Source of the DNA: Christensenellaceae bacterium
GTDB taxonomy: Bacteria; Bacillota; Clostridia; Christensenellales; Borkfalkiaceae
Assembly (NCBI GenBank): GCA_045645865.1
Contig: JAZRJP010000019.1
Coordinates: 9,651-73,650 of the forward strand
Direction: 5' to 3'
Length of the DNA: 64,000 nucleotides
Shown piece by piece: positions 49,879 through 60,426 of this stretch. The stretch's first letter is position 1. Each line of letters starts with the position of its first letter. The notes below the pieces were generated by a model that worked only from the letters and a program-made list of their open reading frames with translations, made no database searches and was not told the origin of the DNA. Made by a program: the position numbers and the translations under genes.

Positions 49879-50750
49879 CTTTTGTCTTTATTTAACTGCT
49901 CTTTTAACTCGTCAACACTATTAAATTTAACGATATCACGAATACGATTTATAAAATAAACAGTTAAGTATTTTCCGTATAAATCGCCGTCAAAATCATT
50001 AATAAACGTTTCAATAACGAAGTTGTTTCCGTTAAAAGTAGGTTGAGTTCCTACGTTAGTTATTGCGTCGTAAAGTTTGCCGTTTATTATAGTTAAAGTG
50101 TAATAAACACCTTGTTTTAAAGGGTATTTTTCACTATCAATTACTATATTTGCCGTAGGATAACCTATTGTTTTGCCTACTTTTTTACCACTTGTAACAA
50201 GCCCTTTTATAAAATAATTGTCGCCTAAATAGTTGTTTACGGCTAAAATATCACCGTCATCTAAGCGTTCTTTTATCGCCGTTGAAGAAATTTTATTGCC
50301 TTTTTCATCTTTTAATAATGGTAAAATTTTAACGACAATTCCGTTATTTTTACAAAAATCTTTTAATAAATTTACGTCGCCTTGACCTTTATATCCAAAG
50401 GTAAAATCTTCGCCTACAACAAAGCCTTTTACATTGTAAAAAGTCGTTAATTCGTTTAAAAATTCAATGGCACTTTTTTGCATAAACGCACTATTTAATT
50501 CTTGTACAACAACTTTTTTTATTCCTATAATATTTAATTTTAACAACCTTTCTTGTAACGAAAATACGTTTTTTTCGCCTTTAAACGCACCTGTAAAGAG
50601 TAATGACGTTGGTACGGCATTAAAAGTTGCGGCTAATTCATTAGTGGCGTCAAGTAACTGTTTATGCCCTATATGAATACTATCAAAATAGCCAAGCGCC
50701 ATTACGATATTATCGTTACTATTAGATTTACTATATTTTAAAATTTCCAT
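49866..50750 (-). CDS. ribF: Bifunctional riboflavin kinase / FAD synthetase
   Basis: 294 aa with GYFDSIHIGH, GYPTANI and the C-terminal riboflavin kinase domain. Confidence 0.9.
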   Translation of the reverse strand: MEILKYSKSNSNDNIVMALGYFDSIHIGHKQLLDATNELAATFNAVPTSLLFTGAFKGEKNVFSLQERLLKLNIIGIKKVVVQELNSAFMQKSAIEFLNELTTFYNVKGFVVGEDFTFGYKGQGDVNLLKDFCKNNGIVVKILPLLKDEKGNKISSTAIKERLDDGDILAVNNYLGDNYFIKGLVTSGKKVGKTIGYPTANIVIDSEKYPLKQGVYYTLTIINGKLYDAITNVGTQPTFNGNNFVIETFINDFDGDLYGKYLTVYFINRIRDIVKFNSVDELKEQLNKDKRWLK

Positions 50751-50751
50751 A

Positions 50752-51603
50752 TTAATCTTTTATATAAGCCTTAATTTTTAACGATTTATTTTCAATTTCG
50801 CCTATTCCTATAAAGCCGTTTTTGTTAAAAATTTTATAAAATCCATTGTCTTTTTCAACTAAAACTTTTCTTCCAAAACTTAATTCGGTATCGTCTTTTT
50901 CATTTAAAAAAACACTTTCAAAAGTAACGACGTTTTCAGGTTTAATTAAGTGTTTTTCAATATTAAAATAGTCTAAATCTTCAACGTTAATGCTATTTTC
51001 AATAGTAAAACACCCACTTTGAACCCTTGAAAGTTTTGTCATTGTAGCGTACGTACTTAATGCGTAAGCCATATCACGACAAATTGAACGAATATACGTC
51101 CCCCCTTTACAATATATAGTAAAGGCGTAACAATTATTTGAAATTTGACTTTCCAACTCGATTTTTGAAATAACAACTTTTTTAGGTGGTAATTCAACTT
51201 GAATACCTTGCCTTGCAAGTTGATAACTCCTTTTGCCGTCAACGTTTTTTGCACTATATGACGGAGGCACTTGCATTACTTCGCCGATAAGCGACGGCAA
51301 TACGCTTAAAATTTGCTCTTTTGTTGGTATAATTGCACTTTCTTTTAAAACTTTTCCGTCACTATCTAACGTGTCTGTTTCATAGCCGAAAGTAAATTCG
51401 GCTTTATACACCTTTTCTTTATCTAAAAGGTAATTAAAAAGCCTATTGCACTTACCTATTCCAACAGGCAAAACACCACTTGCTAACGGGTCTAACGTCC
51501 CCATATGTCCAATTTTTTCGCCCTTGAACATTTTTTTAATTTTAGTTATAGCATAAGCCGAGGTTATACCACTCGGCTTAAAAATATTTATAAATCCATT
51601 CAT
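50752..51603 (-). CDS. truB: tRNA pseudouridine(55) synthase
   Basis: 283 aa with HMGTLDPLASGVLPV (catalytic Asp) and GGTYIRS. Confidence 0.92.
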   Translation of the reverse strand: MNGFINIFKPSGITSAYAITKIKKMFKGEKIGHMGTLDPLASGVLPVGIGKCNRLFNYLLDKEKVYKAEFTFGYETDTLDSDGKVLKESAIIPTKEQILSVLPSLIGEVMQVPPSYSAKNVDGKRSYQLARQGIQVELPPKKVVISKIELESQISNNCYAFTIYCKGGTYIRSICRDMAYALSTYATMTKLSRVQSGCFTIENSINVEDLDYFNIEKHLIKPENVVTFESVFLNEKDDTELSFGRKVLVEKDNGFYKIFNKNGFIGIGEIENKSLKIKAYIKD

Positions 51604-51604
51604 T

Positions 51605-52588
51605 TTATAACCTTTGTTTTACGTTATAAGATAATTTGTCGATAACATCTTCTAAATATCCGTTCATTACGACGCCACTTGCTAAAATATGACCACCGCC
51701 TCCGTATAACGAAGCAATTTCGTTTACGTTAACTTTGCCTTTACTACGTAAACTTATTTTATAAGTTTTTTCGTTTACTTGAAGAATTGAAACGGCTACT
51801 TCTGCCGTATCAACTGAAAGAGCGTAGTCGATAAAACCCTCGGTCATAGACGGGTCTGCACCCGTTCTTTCTAAATCGTTTAACGAAATCGTTAAAAGAG
51901 TTAATTTATCGTCAAGCAAGTAACGCATTTTTGAAATAACTTCGCCGTAAAGTTTAGCCCTTTCTTTTGGTTGAGAACGAAACATTTTTTCAGTTATTAC
52001 GTGTAAATTTGCCCCTTTATCAACTAAACTTGAAACAATTTGCATAGTTTGACTTGTTACGTTAGAGTGTCCAAAATTGCCCGTGTCAGTAACAATACCT
52101 AACACTAAACTATTAGCCATATCACTTGTCAATTCAACGCCTAAATTTACGATAAATTTATATAAAATTTCGCAACAAGCACCCGTTATTTCAACGTAAT
52201 TATATAATGCGTATCTTGAATTTGATATATGATGGTCGATATTTATAGTGTTTTTGTTTGAAAGATAAAGCGGATAGGCTTGTCCTAACATATTATCGCA
52301 AGAACAATCGACTGAAATATGCAAGTCGTATTTTTTATCTACTTGATTTGGCAATACGAACTTTTCTACGCCTTTTAAGAAGGCGTATTTTTGAGGAACG
52401 ACAGAGTCGCACACTATTTTATTTTCAACGCCTAAAACGTCAAATGCCATAGATAAAGCCGTTGACGAACCTATTGTGTCACCGTCTGGTCTATGATGGC
52501 TAAAAATTAAAATTGATTTAACTTCGCCGTTTTTTATTGCGTTTTTTACGTAGTTAACAATTTCAGTTATCTTCATTATCTTCCCCAT
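51605..52588 (-). CDS. nrnA: DHH family phosphoesterase (NrnA-like oligoribonuclease/pAp phosphatase)
   Basis: 327 aa with HHRPDGDTIGS, DHH and GGGH motifs. Confidence 0.8.
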   Translation of the reverse strand: MGKIMKITEIVNYVKNAIKNGEVKSILIFSHHRPDGDTIGSSTALSMAFDVLGVENKIVCDSVVPQKYAFLKGVEKFVLPNQVDKKYDLHISVDCSCDNMLGQAYPLYLSNKNTINIDHHISNSRYALYNYVEITGACCEILYKFIVNLGVELTSDMANSLVLGIVTDTGNFGHSNVTSQTMQIVSSLVDKGANLHVITEKMFRSQPKERAKLYGEVISKMRYLLDDKLTLLTISLNDLERTGADPSMTEGFIDYALSVDTAEVAVSILQVNEKTYKISLRSKGKVNVNEIASLYGGGGHILASGVVMNGYLEDVIDKLSYNVKQRL

Positions 52589-52931
52589 AGGTTATCGTGC
52601 TTAAAATTCTATCAATCTTCTCTCCGTACGAAGACGAACCATCTTCAACGAAGCGAAGCATAGGTACAGTCCTTGTACTCATTACTTGTGCTAAACATTT
52701 TCTAATTTCAGCACTTGCATTTTTGATTTTTTCAAAAGCCTGCTTCTTTTTTTCTTCGTTTTGAGCATAAATGCTTACAAAAACTTTTGCGTTTTTTATA
52801 TCGGGAGAAATGTCCACTTCTGTTATAGTGAACATTGCAAGCCCGTCTGTAAGCATTAATTTATTAGTGATAATATCGTAAATAGCCTTTCTAAATTCGC
52901 TATCTAACCTTTGATTTCTTCTTGATTTCAT
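52563..52931 (-). CDS. rbfA: Ribosome-binding factor A
   Basis: 122 aa with the KH-like RbfA pattern (TITEVDISPDIKNAKVFVS). It is directly downstream of infB. Confidence 0.9.
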   Translation of the reverse strand: MKSRRNQRLDSEFRKAIYDIITNKLMLTDGLAMFTITEVDISPDIKNAKVFVSIYAQNEEKKKQAFEKIKNASAEIRKCLAQVMSTRTVPMLRFVEDGSSSYGEKIDRILSTITYGEDNEDN

Positions 52932-52932
52932 A

Positions 52933-55533
52933 TTACGCCTTTTGTTCTTCTATTGTATAACATTCGATAAAGTCGCCAACCTTAATATCGTCAAACCTTT
53001 CGATAGATATACCGCATTCGTAGTTAGTTTGAACTTCTTTAACGTCGTCTTTGAAACGTTTAAGTTGTAATACGTTACCTTCACAAATCATAACGTCGTT
53101 CCTGTAAATACGCAATTTACCACTACGAACGATTTTACCATCGACAACGTAACAACCTGCAACCGTGCCAACGCCTGAAATTTTGAACGTTTCACGAACT
53201 TCGGCTTTACCATTGTAAACTTCTTTAAATTTAGGAGCAAGCATACCTTTCATTGCTTGTTTAATATCTTCGATTGCTTCGTAAATTATTCTATAAAGTT
53301 TAACGTCGATTTTGCTTGATTCTGCAAGCGCCCTTGCCTTAGGGTCTGGACGAACGTTAAAGCCTATGATAATTGAATTAGAAGAATCGGCAAGGCTAAC
53401 GTCAGTTTCAGAAATAGCACCAACTGCTGCGTGAATAACGTTTACTTGTACTTCTTCATTAGAAAGGTCGGTAAGTGATTGTTTTACCGCTTCAACCGAA
53501 CCTTGAACGTCGGCTTTAACAATAAGATTTAACGTCTTTAAATCACCTGTTGAAATTTTTGAGAATAAGTCGTCAAGAGAAACTTTTTGTTGTTCTCTAA
53601 TCATACTTTCTCTTTCTTTATTCTTTCTTTCGTTAGCAACTAAAATTGAAAGTTTTGCTTCTTCAACAGCATAAAGCATATCGCCTGCGTTTGGAACTGA
53701 TTCTAAACCTAAGATAGATACAGGCATTGATGGACCTGCCGTTTTAACGTTTCTACCTTTGTCGTCTATCATAGCCCTAACTTTACCACTTATAGTGCCT
53801 GCAACTAAATAATCGCCTACTTTAAGTGTACCGTTTTGAACTAAAACAGTTGCCATAGGACCTTTACCTTTATCTAATTTTGCTTCAACGATTACACCTT
53901 TTGCCATTCTATCAGGATTTGCTTTTAATTCTTTCATTTCTGAACTAATTAAAATTGTTTCTAATAAATCGTCTATGCCTTGACCTGTCTTTGCAGAAAC
54001 GGGTACGAAAGATACGTCGCCACCCCATTCTTCAATTAAAACTTCTTGGTCGGCAAGACCTTTTTTAACCCTTTCGATATCTGCCGTTGGTTTATCAACT
54101 TTGTTTGCAGCAATAATAATTGTAACGCCTGCCGATTTAGCGTGGTTAATTGCTTCAATAGTTTGAGGCATTATACCATCGTCACAAGCAACAACGATAA
54201 TTGCTATATCTGTAAGTTTTGCACCCCTTGCACGCATTTGAGTAAAGGCTGCGTGGCCTGGTGTATCAAGAAACGTAATTTGTTCGCCGTTTACGTTTAC
54301 CGTATAAGCACCGATATGTTGAGTAATACCACCTGCTTCGCCACTTGTTACACTTGTCTTTCTAATATAGTCTAAAAGAGAAGTTTTACCGTGGTCAACG
54401 TGACCCATAACGGTAACAACCGGTGGACGTTTGATAAATTTTGCTTCGTCTTCCGTTTCGTCGGCAAAACCTTCGGTTAAAACGTCTTCTGCCGTTTTAT
54501 CAAGTTTAAGTTCAAGTTCAATACCTAAACCTGCGGCAATAAAGCCTGCCGTATCGTAGTCAATAGAATCGTTAATAGTTTTCATAACGCCTTCTTTGAA
54601 TAAAATTTTAGTAATTTCAATTGCTTGAATACCTAAAAGTTCACTTAATTCTTTAATTGATACGATTTCTTTTGTAACGACTGCCTTTTCAATTTTTATT
54701 GTTTGTGTTACAGTTTCTTTTGTTTTATCCTTTTTTCTAACCTTTCTGTAACCCGTCTTATTTTCGTCAAAGTCGTCAATACTCATTTGACCTTTAATTA
54801 AAGACTTTTTATTAACAACTTTTTTATCTTCGTAGTTGTTCTTTTCGTTATTTTTCTTTTTTGATTGACGAACGTTACTTTCCTTTGGTACGTAAGTTTC
54901 AGGAGCAGTGAAAGTGGCTTGTGGTCTTGATTGACCAAATTGACCTTGCTTTCTTTCAGGTCTTTCACCTTGGTTATTATCCCTTTTCTTTTGACCTTGA
55001 TTATTGCTTTGTGGTACGTAAGTTCTTTTTTCAGGTCTTGCACCACCCTTATTAGCGTCTTTTTGTACAGGTTTTGCCGTTGGTACAAATACCCTTTTAC
55101 CATTTATGATAACGATATTAGGATTATCAGTTTTTTGAACGACAGGTGTTTCTGCAACCTTTTCTTCTTTTTTGTCTTCAATAACGGTAGCAGGTTCTGT
55201 TTGAACTTCTGTTTCAACTTGCACTACTTCTTCAACTTTTGTAGATTTCTTTTTAGGAGTAGGGGCAACTTCTGGTTCTTTTTCTACAACTTGCACTACT
55301 TCGTTTTGAACTTCGGTTACAACTGCCGATTGTTCTTCAATAGCAAGAAGTTCTGCTTGTTTTTCCCTTTCCTTTCTTTCTTTTTCAAGTGCTTGTTTTT
55401 TATCTACTATTTTTTTATTTACGCTTTTTAAAGACGCTTTTAAACTGCTTAAAACGTCTGAACTTTTATCGCTTTTTAAAATTTCTCTAATGGATATAAT
55501 TGCTTGTTGTTGTTTGTTATTGTTTTTTTCCAT
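52933..55533 (-). CDS. infB: Translation initiation factor IF-2
   Basis: 866 aa with the GTPase motifs [17 protein letters not shown] and NKVD. The N-terminal region is low-complexity and charged. Confidence 0.95.
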   Translation of the reverse strand: MEKNNNKQQQAIISIREILKSDKSSDVLSSLKASLKSVNKKIVDKKQALEKERKEREKQAELLAIEEQSAVVTEVQNEVVQVVEKEPEVAPTPKKKSTKVEEVVQVETEVQTEPATVIEDKKEEKVAETPVVQKTDNPNIVIINGKRVFVPTAKPVQKDANKGGARPEKRTYVPQSNNQGQKKRDNNQGERPERKQGQFGQSRPQATFTAPETYVPKESNVRQSKKKNNEKNNYEDKKVVNKKSLIKGQMSIDDFDENKTGYRKVRKKDKTKETVTQTIKIEKAVVTKEIVSIKELSELLGIQAIEITKILFKEGVMKTINDSIDYDTAGFIAAGLGIELELKLDKTAEDVLTEGFADETEDEAKFIKRPPVVTVMGHVDHGKTSLLDYIRKTSVTSGEAGGITQHIGAYTVNVNGEQITFLDTPGHAAFTQMRARGAKLTDIAIIVVACDDGIMPQTIEAINHAKSAGVTIIIAANKVDKPTADIERVKKGLADQEVLIEEWGGDVSFVPVSAKTGQGIDDLLETILISSEMKELKANPDRMAKGVIVEAKLDKGKGPMATVLVQNGTLKVGDYLVAGTISGKVRAMIDDKGRNVKTAGPSMPVSILGLESVPNAGDMLYAVEEAKLSILVANERKNKERESMIREQQKVSLDDLFSKISTGDLKTLNLIVKADVQGSVEAVKQSLTDLSNEEVQVNVIHAAVGAISETDVSLADSSNSIIIGFNVRPDPKARALAESSKIDVKLYRIIYEAIEDIKQAMKGMLAPKFKEVYNGKAEVRETFKISGVGTVAGCYVVDGKIVRSGKLRIYRNDVMICEGNVLQLKRFKDDVKEVQTNYECGISIERFDDIKVGDFIECYTIEEQKA

Positions 55534-55864
55534 AATTTATTCCATATCCTCCCGAATACTTTACAAAGTGGCTATCAAGATTATCTAAAATTGCATTTGC
55601 TAAACTATCGTCTTCAACGGCTAATAATTTACAATGCTCTTTATTAACAATGTCTTCAACCTTGTTGTCAACGCTTATTATAAGCGTTGAATTTAATTTT
55701 TTTGCTATTTTTAAAACTTCGTCAAAAGTGTTATTAGACGCCGTAGCACAAAGTATTAAAACTTTTACGCTTTTTTTAATTGTTTTAATAGCGTTTACGC
55801 CACACCTTAATTTTTTTGCCCTTAACGAAAAACCTATAAAGGTTAAAACTTTACTCTTTTCCAA
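55517..55864 (-). CDS. L7Ae/L30e family RNA-binding protein (YlxQ-like)
   Basis: 115 aa located between ylxR and infB. The G.S.RAKKL.CG pattern is present. Confidence 0.75.
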   Translation of the reverse strand: MEKSKVLTFIGFSLRAKKLRCGVNAIKTIKKSVKVLILCATASNNTFDEVLKIAKKLNSTLIISVDNKVEDIVNKEHCKLLAVEDDSLANAILDNLDSHFVKYSGGYGINYGKKQ

Positions 55865-56120
55865 AAAATTCCCCCCTGATAGTGTCGTACACTTCGTTAG
55901 GTATTTCCATTAAAAAAGCACGATTTAACAACTTGTTTTTTAATATTTTGTTCATACATTCTGCATTGTCGCACACGTAAGCACCTCTACCCGACGCTTT
56001 GCCGTGTCTATCAACGCTAAAAACGTTATCCTTGCTTTTTACTATGCGTATAAGTTCTTTCTTTGCCCTTTCTGTTTTACAAGCAATACAAGTTCTTATA
56101 GGTATTTTCTTTACTGCCAT
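55851..56120 (-). CDS. YlxR/RnpM family (DUF448) protein
   Basis: 89 aa with RTCIACK..R.KKELIR and GRGAYVC motifs. It is downstream of nusA. Confidence 0.85.
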   Translation of the reverse strand: MAVKKIPIRTCIACKTERAKKELIRIVKSKDNVFSVDRHGKASGRGAYVCDNAECMNKILKNKLLNRAFLMEIPNEVYDTIRGEFFGKE

Positions 56121-56151
56121 ATTAACTCCATTTATTCGGTTATATTTTTAA

Positions 56152-57237
56152 TTATTCTTCGTCGATTATTGATGTATCTTCAACTATGTCGCCATATTCT
56201 TCGATTGCCTTAGATTGGCTTTTAACGTCAATTTTCCAGCCCGTTAATTTTGCTGCTAAACGTGCGTTTTGACCATCTCTACCAATAGCAAGAGAAAGTT
56301 TATCGTCTGGTACGATTACCCTTGCAGACTTATCGTCAATCATTGTTACGCTTAAAACTTTTGCAGGTGCTAATGCTTTTGCAATAAATTCAAGTGGGTC
56401 TTCACTCCATTCGATAATATCGATTTTTTCGCCACCTAATTGTTCAGTAACGGCACGAACACGCATACCTTTGTTACCTACGCAAGCGCCAACTGCGTCA
56501 ATTTGCTTATCTTCACTATAAATAGCAACTTTGCTTCTTTGTCCTGGCTCACGTGAAACTGATTTAATTACAACAGTGCCTTGTTTAATTTCAGGAACTT
56601 CGTTTTCAAAAAATCTTTTAACAAGGTTTGGAGATGTACGTGAAACGATAATTTGCGTATTTTTGCCTATCGTTCTTACCCTTTTGATATATACGATAAT
56701 TTTATCGTTAAGTTGATATTTTTCGCCTGAAACTTGGTCTTGTGGTAACATAACGCCTTCAAGTTGACCACTTGCAAGTTCTACGTAAACGTTGCCGTTT
56801 TCAACTTTTCTTACGATTGCGGCTTGAATTTCATTTTCTTTTTCTTCAAATTCTAAAATAGAATTAGCCTTTTCTGCTTCCCTTACCTTTTGTAATACGC
56901 CTTGCTTTGCAGTTTGAGCGGCAATTCTTGAAAAATCCCTTGGAATAAATTCTTTTTCAAAAGTATCGCCCATTTTGTATGATTTTTTATATTGTCTTGC
57001 TTCTTCAAGAGTAATTTCTTTATTAGGGTCAACAACTTCTTCAACAATGGTTTTTACCATATAGAATTTAATTGAACACTTTTCTTCATTAATTTTAACT
57101 ACGCAATCACAAGCGTCAACACCTAACTTTTTGTATGCAGAAGCAAGCGATGCTTCTAACTTTTCTAACAATTCTTGCTTATCAATACCTTTATTAGCAA
57201 GTTCGTCCAAAGCCATAAAAAATTCTTTACTAATCAT
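56152..57237 (-). CDS. nusA: Transcription termination/antitermination factor NusA
   Basis: 361 aa with S1 and two KH domains (ACVGNKGMRVRAV, AIGRDGQNARLAAKLTGWKIDV). Confidence 0.95.
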   Translation of the reverse strand: MISKEFFMALDELANKGIDKQELLEKLEASLASAYKKLGVDACDCVVKINEEKCSIKFYMVKTIVEEVVDPNKEITLEEARQYKKSYKMGDTFEKEFIPRDFSRIAAQTAKQGVLQKVREAEKANSILEFEEKENEIQAAIVRKVENGNVYVELASGQLEGVMLPQDQVSGEKYQLNDKIIVYIKRVRTIGKNTQIIVSRTSPNLVKRFFENEVPEIKQGTVVIKSVSREPGQRSKVAIYSEDKQIDAVGACVGNKGMRVRAVTEQLGGEKIDIIEWSEDPLEFIAKALAPAKVLSVTMIDDKSARVIVPDDKLSLAIGRDGQNARLAAKLTGWKIDVKSQSKAIEEYGDIVEDTSIIDEE

Positions 57238-57261
57238 TTTCGTCTCCTTAATACGTTTATT

Positions 57262-57720
57262 TTAATCAAATATAATTGCTTGATTTATTTTCGCTATTTT
57301 GTTAAGTTCAATTTTTAATTGAACGTTATTTTCATTTATCACAACGTTGTTACCGTCGTAAGAAACAAGTTCGCCTTCATAAAACTTTTTGCCGTTTAAT
57401 GGTGCGTATAACTTTAATTCTACCATTTTACCGATATTCTTTTCAAAATCCCTTGCCGTTTTAAAAGGTCTATCTACTCCCGGGCTTGATACGTTTAACG
57501 TATATGCTTGTGGGTACGGGTCAAACTCGTCAAGCGGTGCATTGATAGTGTTATGAAATAATTCGCAAGTGTCAAGGTCAACGCCACCTTCTTTATCAAT
57601 GTAAATTGTTAAAGATGGGTTTTTGCTAACTTTAAATTCAACTTCAACTATTTCTAAATTTAAACTTTCGGCATAAGGTTTTAAAAATTCAAATATACTT
57701 TCATTTGATTTTGCTTTCAT
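57262..57720 (-). CDS. rimP: Ribosome maturation factor RimP
   Basis: 152 aa with LNVSSPGVDRPF. It is upstream of nusA. Confidence 0.9.
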   Translation of the reverse strand: MKAKSNESIFEFLKPYAESLNLEIVEVEFKVSKNPSLTIYIDKEGGVDLDTCELFHNTINAPLDEFDPYPQAYTLNVSSPGVDRPFKTARDFEKNIGKMVELKLYAPLNGKKFYEGELVSYDGNNVVINENNVQLKIELNKIAKINQAIIFD

Positions 57721-57853
57721 AAAACCCCCTATAAAACAATTTGAGAGTGACTTTTTTAGTCACCCTCAAACACAAGCCTGTATAATCTACGATTATATTA
57801 ACATATTTTATAACTGATTGCAAGCATTTTAAACGCTTTTTGCAATTTTTTAG

Positions 57854-59386
57854 TTAAATTTTAAAATTTTTTATCGTTTTTGCCATTTCTATTAACGCTC
57901 GTGCCGTTGCATCGGCATCGGAAAGCGCCCTATGATGACGAAATTCTATTGAATAATGTTCGCACACCGTATTTAATTTGTGATTTTTTAAGCCAGGTAA
58001 AAACTTGCGTGCTAACGTGCAAGTATCAACTATATTATTTTTTAATATATACCCGTTTTCTTTGCCTGCCTGTCTTAAAAATTTAAAGTCAAAGTCGGCG
58101 TTATGCCCTACGAAAATAGTATCTCCTAAATATTTATAAAAATCGTGGTAAACTTCTTCAATTTTTGGTGCTTCTTCAAGCATTTCGTCAGTTATACCCG
58201 TCAATTTTATGTTGTCTTCCGTCAATTTCACAAGAGGGTTTACAAGCGTTTGAAAACTACTTACTATTTTGCCGTTAATTATTTTTACAGCGCCTATTTC
58301 AGTGATTTTTTCAGTCGATACGTCTAACCCTGTCGTTTCAATATCGACAACGGTAAATTCTTTTTCATTAAACCACGTAGGAGTTGGCATTTCTTCAAAA
58401 AATAAATCGCCTTGCGAAACGGTTGTTACTTCTTTTGGCTTTATAAGTTTATATTTAGAACCTGCCCTTTTAGACGGTTTTTCGTTAGGCGTATAGTTTT
58501 TTGGAAATTCGCATAAATGAATACCTTTTATCGTTAAACTTAAACTGCCGTTAAAATCTTCGTTTTCACAACGCATTATAACTACGCTATTTTCACCTAA
58601 TTTTCTAAGTTTTTTAAGTTTATCTTGTGCCGACGTAAAAAATCTGCCCGTCATTTTACCCGTGTAATCATCAAAAGTTATTACAAAAAACGGCTTATTG
58701 TTCTTAGTTTCTTTTTCAATAATTTGCTCAATTTTACCACATAAAATTAACGAACCCTTAGTGTTTTTAGCATCGTCAATATAAACTGCCGTATCGTAAA
58801 GTTTATCGTCTAAAAACTTTTCAACGCTACACATTTTTACAAAACGATTAGGCACGCTATCTAAATCACTTTCGTTAACCGTTTCTAACTCGTATTCGCT
58901 TATACTTTCTTCTTTTTGGACTATTCTAATTTCTCCGATAAAATCGTTTACGTAATTATTACGTAAATATTCGTCGCACTTGTTTATAAAAGACGTTCTT
59001 TCGCAATAATCGTAAATCGTTTTATCAATGTTTACGTAGTATTTTATATTGTTTTTAGTGACAATCGTTTCAATGCCGTCTAACGATATAAAATGCTCTA
59101 TCGTATAAAACTTTTCTTTAACGAAAGTTAATATTGCTTTTTTTGTAATATCGCCGTCGGCAATAGCCTTTTCGATAACAATTTCAACGTCAATACCGTT
59201 TAAACTTTTTATAAACTCACTTTGGATATAGTTTTTATCCGTTTCGTTTACGGCTACGTTTGATATTATCGTTACGTAAACTTTATTTTCACTTTCTATA
59301 AAAGTTACGGCTTTAATTCTTAATTCGCCTTGTATATTTATTAAGTTGGTTAAATTTTTTAATAAAATATCACTTTTCGTTTGCAA
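57854..59386 (-). CDS. PolC-like N-terminal/OB-fold plus DEDDh 3'-5' exonuclease protein with no PHP or polymerase domains
   Basis: 510 aa with ExoI VVDIETTGL, ExoII GHNADFDFKFL and ExoIII HHRALSDADATA. KNHKLNTVCEHYSIEFRHHRALSDADATA closely parallels the PolC exo domain as I recall it, and the preceding segment looks like the PolC OB domain. It lies between ispG and rimP. Confidence 0.7.
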   Translation of the reverse strand: MQTKSDILLKNLTNLINIQGELRIKAVTFIESENKVYVTIISNVAVNETDKNYIQSEFIKSLNGIDVEIVIEKAIADGDITKKAILTFVKEKFYTIEHFISLDGIETIVTKNNIKYYVNIDKTIYDYCERTSFINKCDEYLRNNYVNDFIGEIRIVQKEESISEYELETVNESDLDSVPNRFVKMCSVEKFLDDKLYDTAVYIDDAKNTKGSLILCGKIEQIIEKETKNNKPFFVITFDDYTGKMTGRFFTSAQDKLKKLRKLGENSVVIMRCENEDFNGSLSLTIKGIHLCEFPKNYTPNEKPSKRAGSKYKLIKPKEVTTVSQGDLFFEEMPTPTWFNEKEFTVVDIETTGLDVSTEKITEIGAVKIINGKIVSSFQTLVNPLVKLTEDNIKLTGITDEMLEEAPKIEEVYHDFYKYLGDTIFVGHNADFDFKFLRQAGKENGYILKNNIVDTCTLARKFLPGLKNHKLNTVCEHYSIEFRHHRALSDADATARALIEMAKTIKNFKI

Positions 59387-60416
59387 TTTCTTTAATTATC
59401 CTAATAAATTCTTCTTCTGCACTATCAAATGCAACTTTCTTTACAATTTCGCCTTTTTTGAAAATGACGCAAAATTCTTTTGAGCCTGCTATACCTACGT
59501 CGCAATCTTTGGCTTCGCCCGGGCCGTTTACCACACAACCCATTACGGCTATTTTTAACGGCTTTTTAATGCCTGCCGTTAACTTCTCAACTTTATTTGC
59601 AAGCGATATAGAATCGTAATCACACCTACCACAAGTTGGACAAGAAATAACTTCTACTCCTTCACTTTCTAACCCACAATATTTGAGTATTTTTTTAGCA
59701 ACGGCAACTTCTTCGATAGGGTCGGCTGTTAAACTTACCCTTAATGTATCGCCGATATTATCAAGCAAAAGAGAACCTATACCAATACTGCTTTTAATAA
59801 TTCCACTATTTAACGTACCTGCTTCGGTTACGCCGATATGTAAAGGATAATCGGTTTTAGATTTTAAATATCTATACGCTTTTACCGTTAATGGCACGCT
59901 ACTTGCTTTTGTTGAAATAACTATGTTATTTACTCCGTATTTTTCAAGGGCGTAAACGTTTTTTAAAGCACTTTCAACAAGCGAAATTTCGTTTTTGCCG
60001 TATTTAGATAAGAATTCTTTTTCAATACTGCCCGTATTTGAGCCTACCCTAACGGGTATATTATATTCTTTAAGACAATCGGCTACCATTTTAATTTTAC
60101 TTTCATCACCGATATTGCCCGGATTAATTCTTACCTTATCTACGCCGTTTTCAATACTTTTTATTGCAAGTTTATAATCAAAATGTATATCGGCCACGAT
60201 AGGAATATTAATATTTTGTTTGATAAGTTTTATGCTTTTAGCGTCTTCTTCGTCTCTAACTGCTACCCTAACGATATCGCAACCTGCATTTTGCAATTTA
60301 ATAATTTGGTCAATCGATTGCTCAACGAAAGACGTTTTAACGTTAGTCATTGATTGAACGCTTATTTTATTGTTGCCACCTATAAAAAGGTTGCCTACTT
60401 TTACTTGTTTTGACAT
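59370..60416 (-). CDS. ispG: 4-hydroxy-3-methylbut-2-en-1-yl diphosphate synthase
   Basis: 348 aa with VRVAV, RINPGNIG and the Fe-S cysteines CPTCGRC...GCVVNGPGE. Confidence 0.92.
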   Translation of the reverse strand: MSKQVKVGNLFIGGNNKISVQSMTNVKTSFVEQSIDQIIKLQNAGCDIVRVAVRDEEDAKSIKLIKQNINIPIVADIHFDYKLAIKSIENGVDKVRINPGNIGDESKIKMVADCLKEYNIPVRVGSNTGSIEKEFLSKYGKNEISLVESALKNVYALEKYGVNNIVISTKASSVPLTVKAYRYLKSKTDYPLHIGVTEAGTLNSGIIKSSIGIGSLLLDNIGDTLRVSLTADPIEEVAVAKKILKYCGLESEGVEVISCPTCGRCDYDSISLANKVEKLTAGIKKPLKIAVMGCVVNGPGEAKDCDVGIAGSKEFCVIFKKGEIVKKVAFDSAEEEFIRIIKEIANEK

Positions 60417-60426
60417 TTTTACCTAC

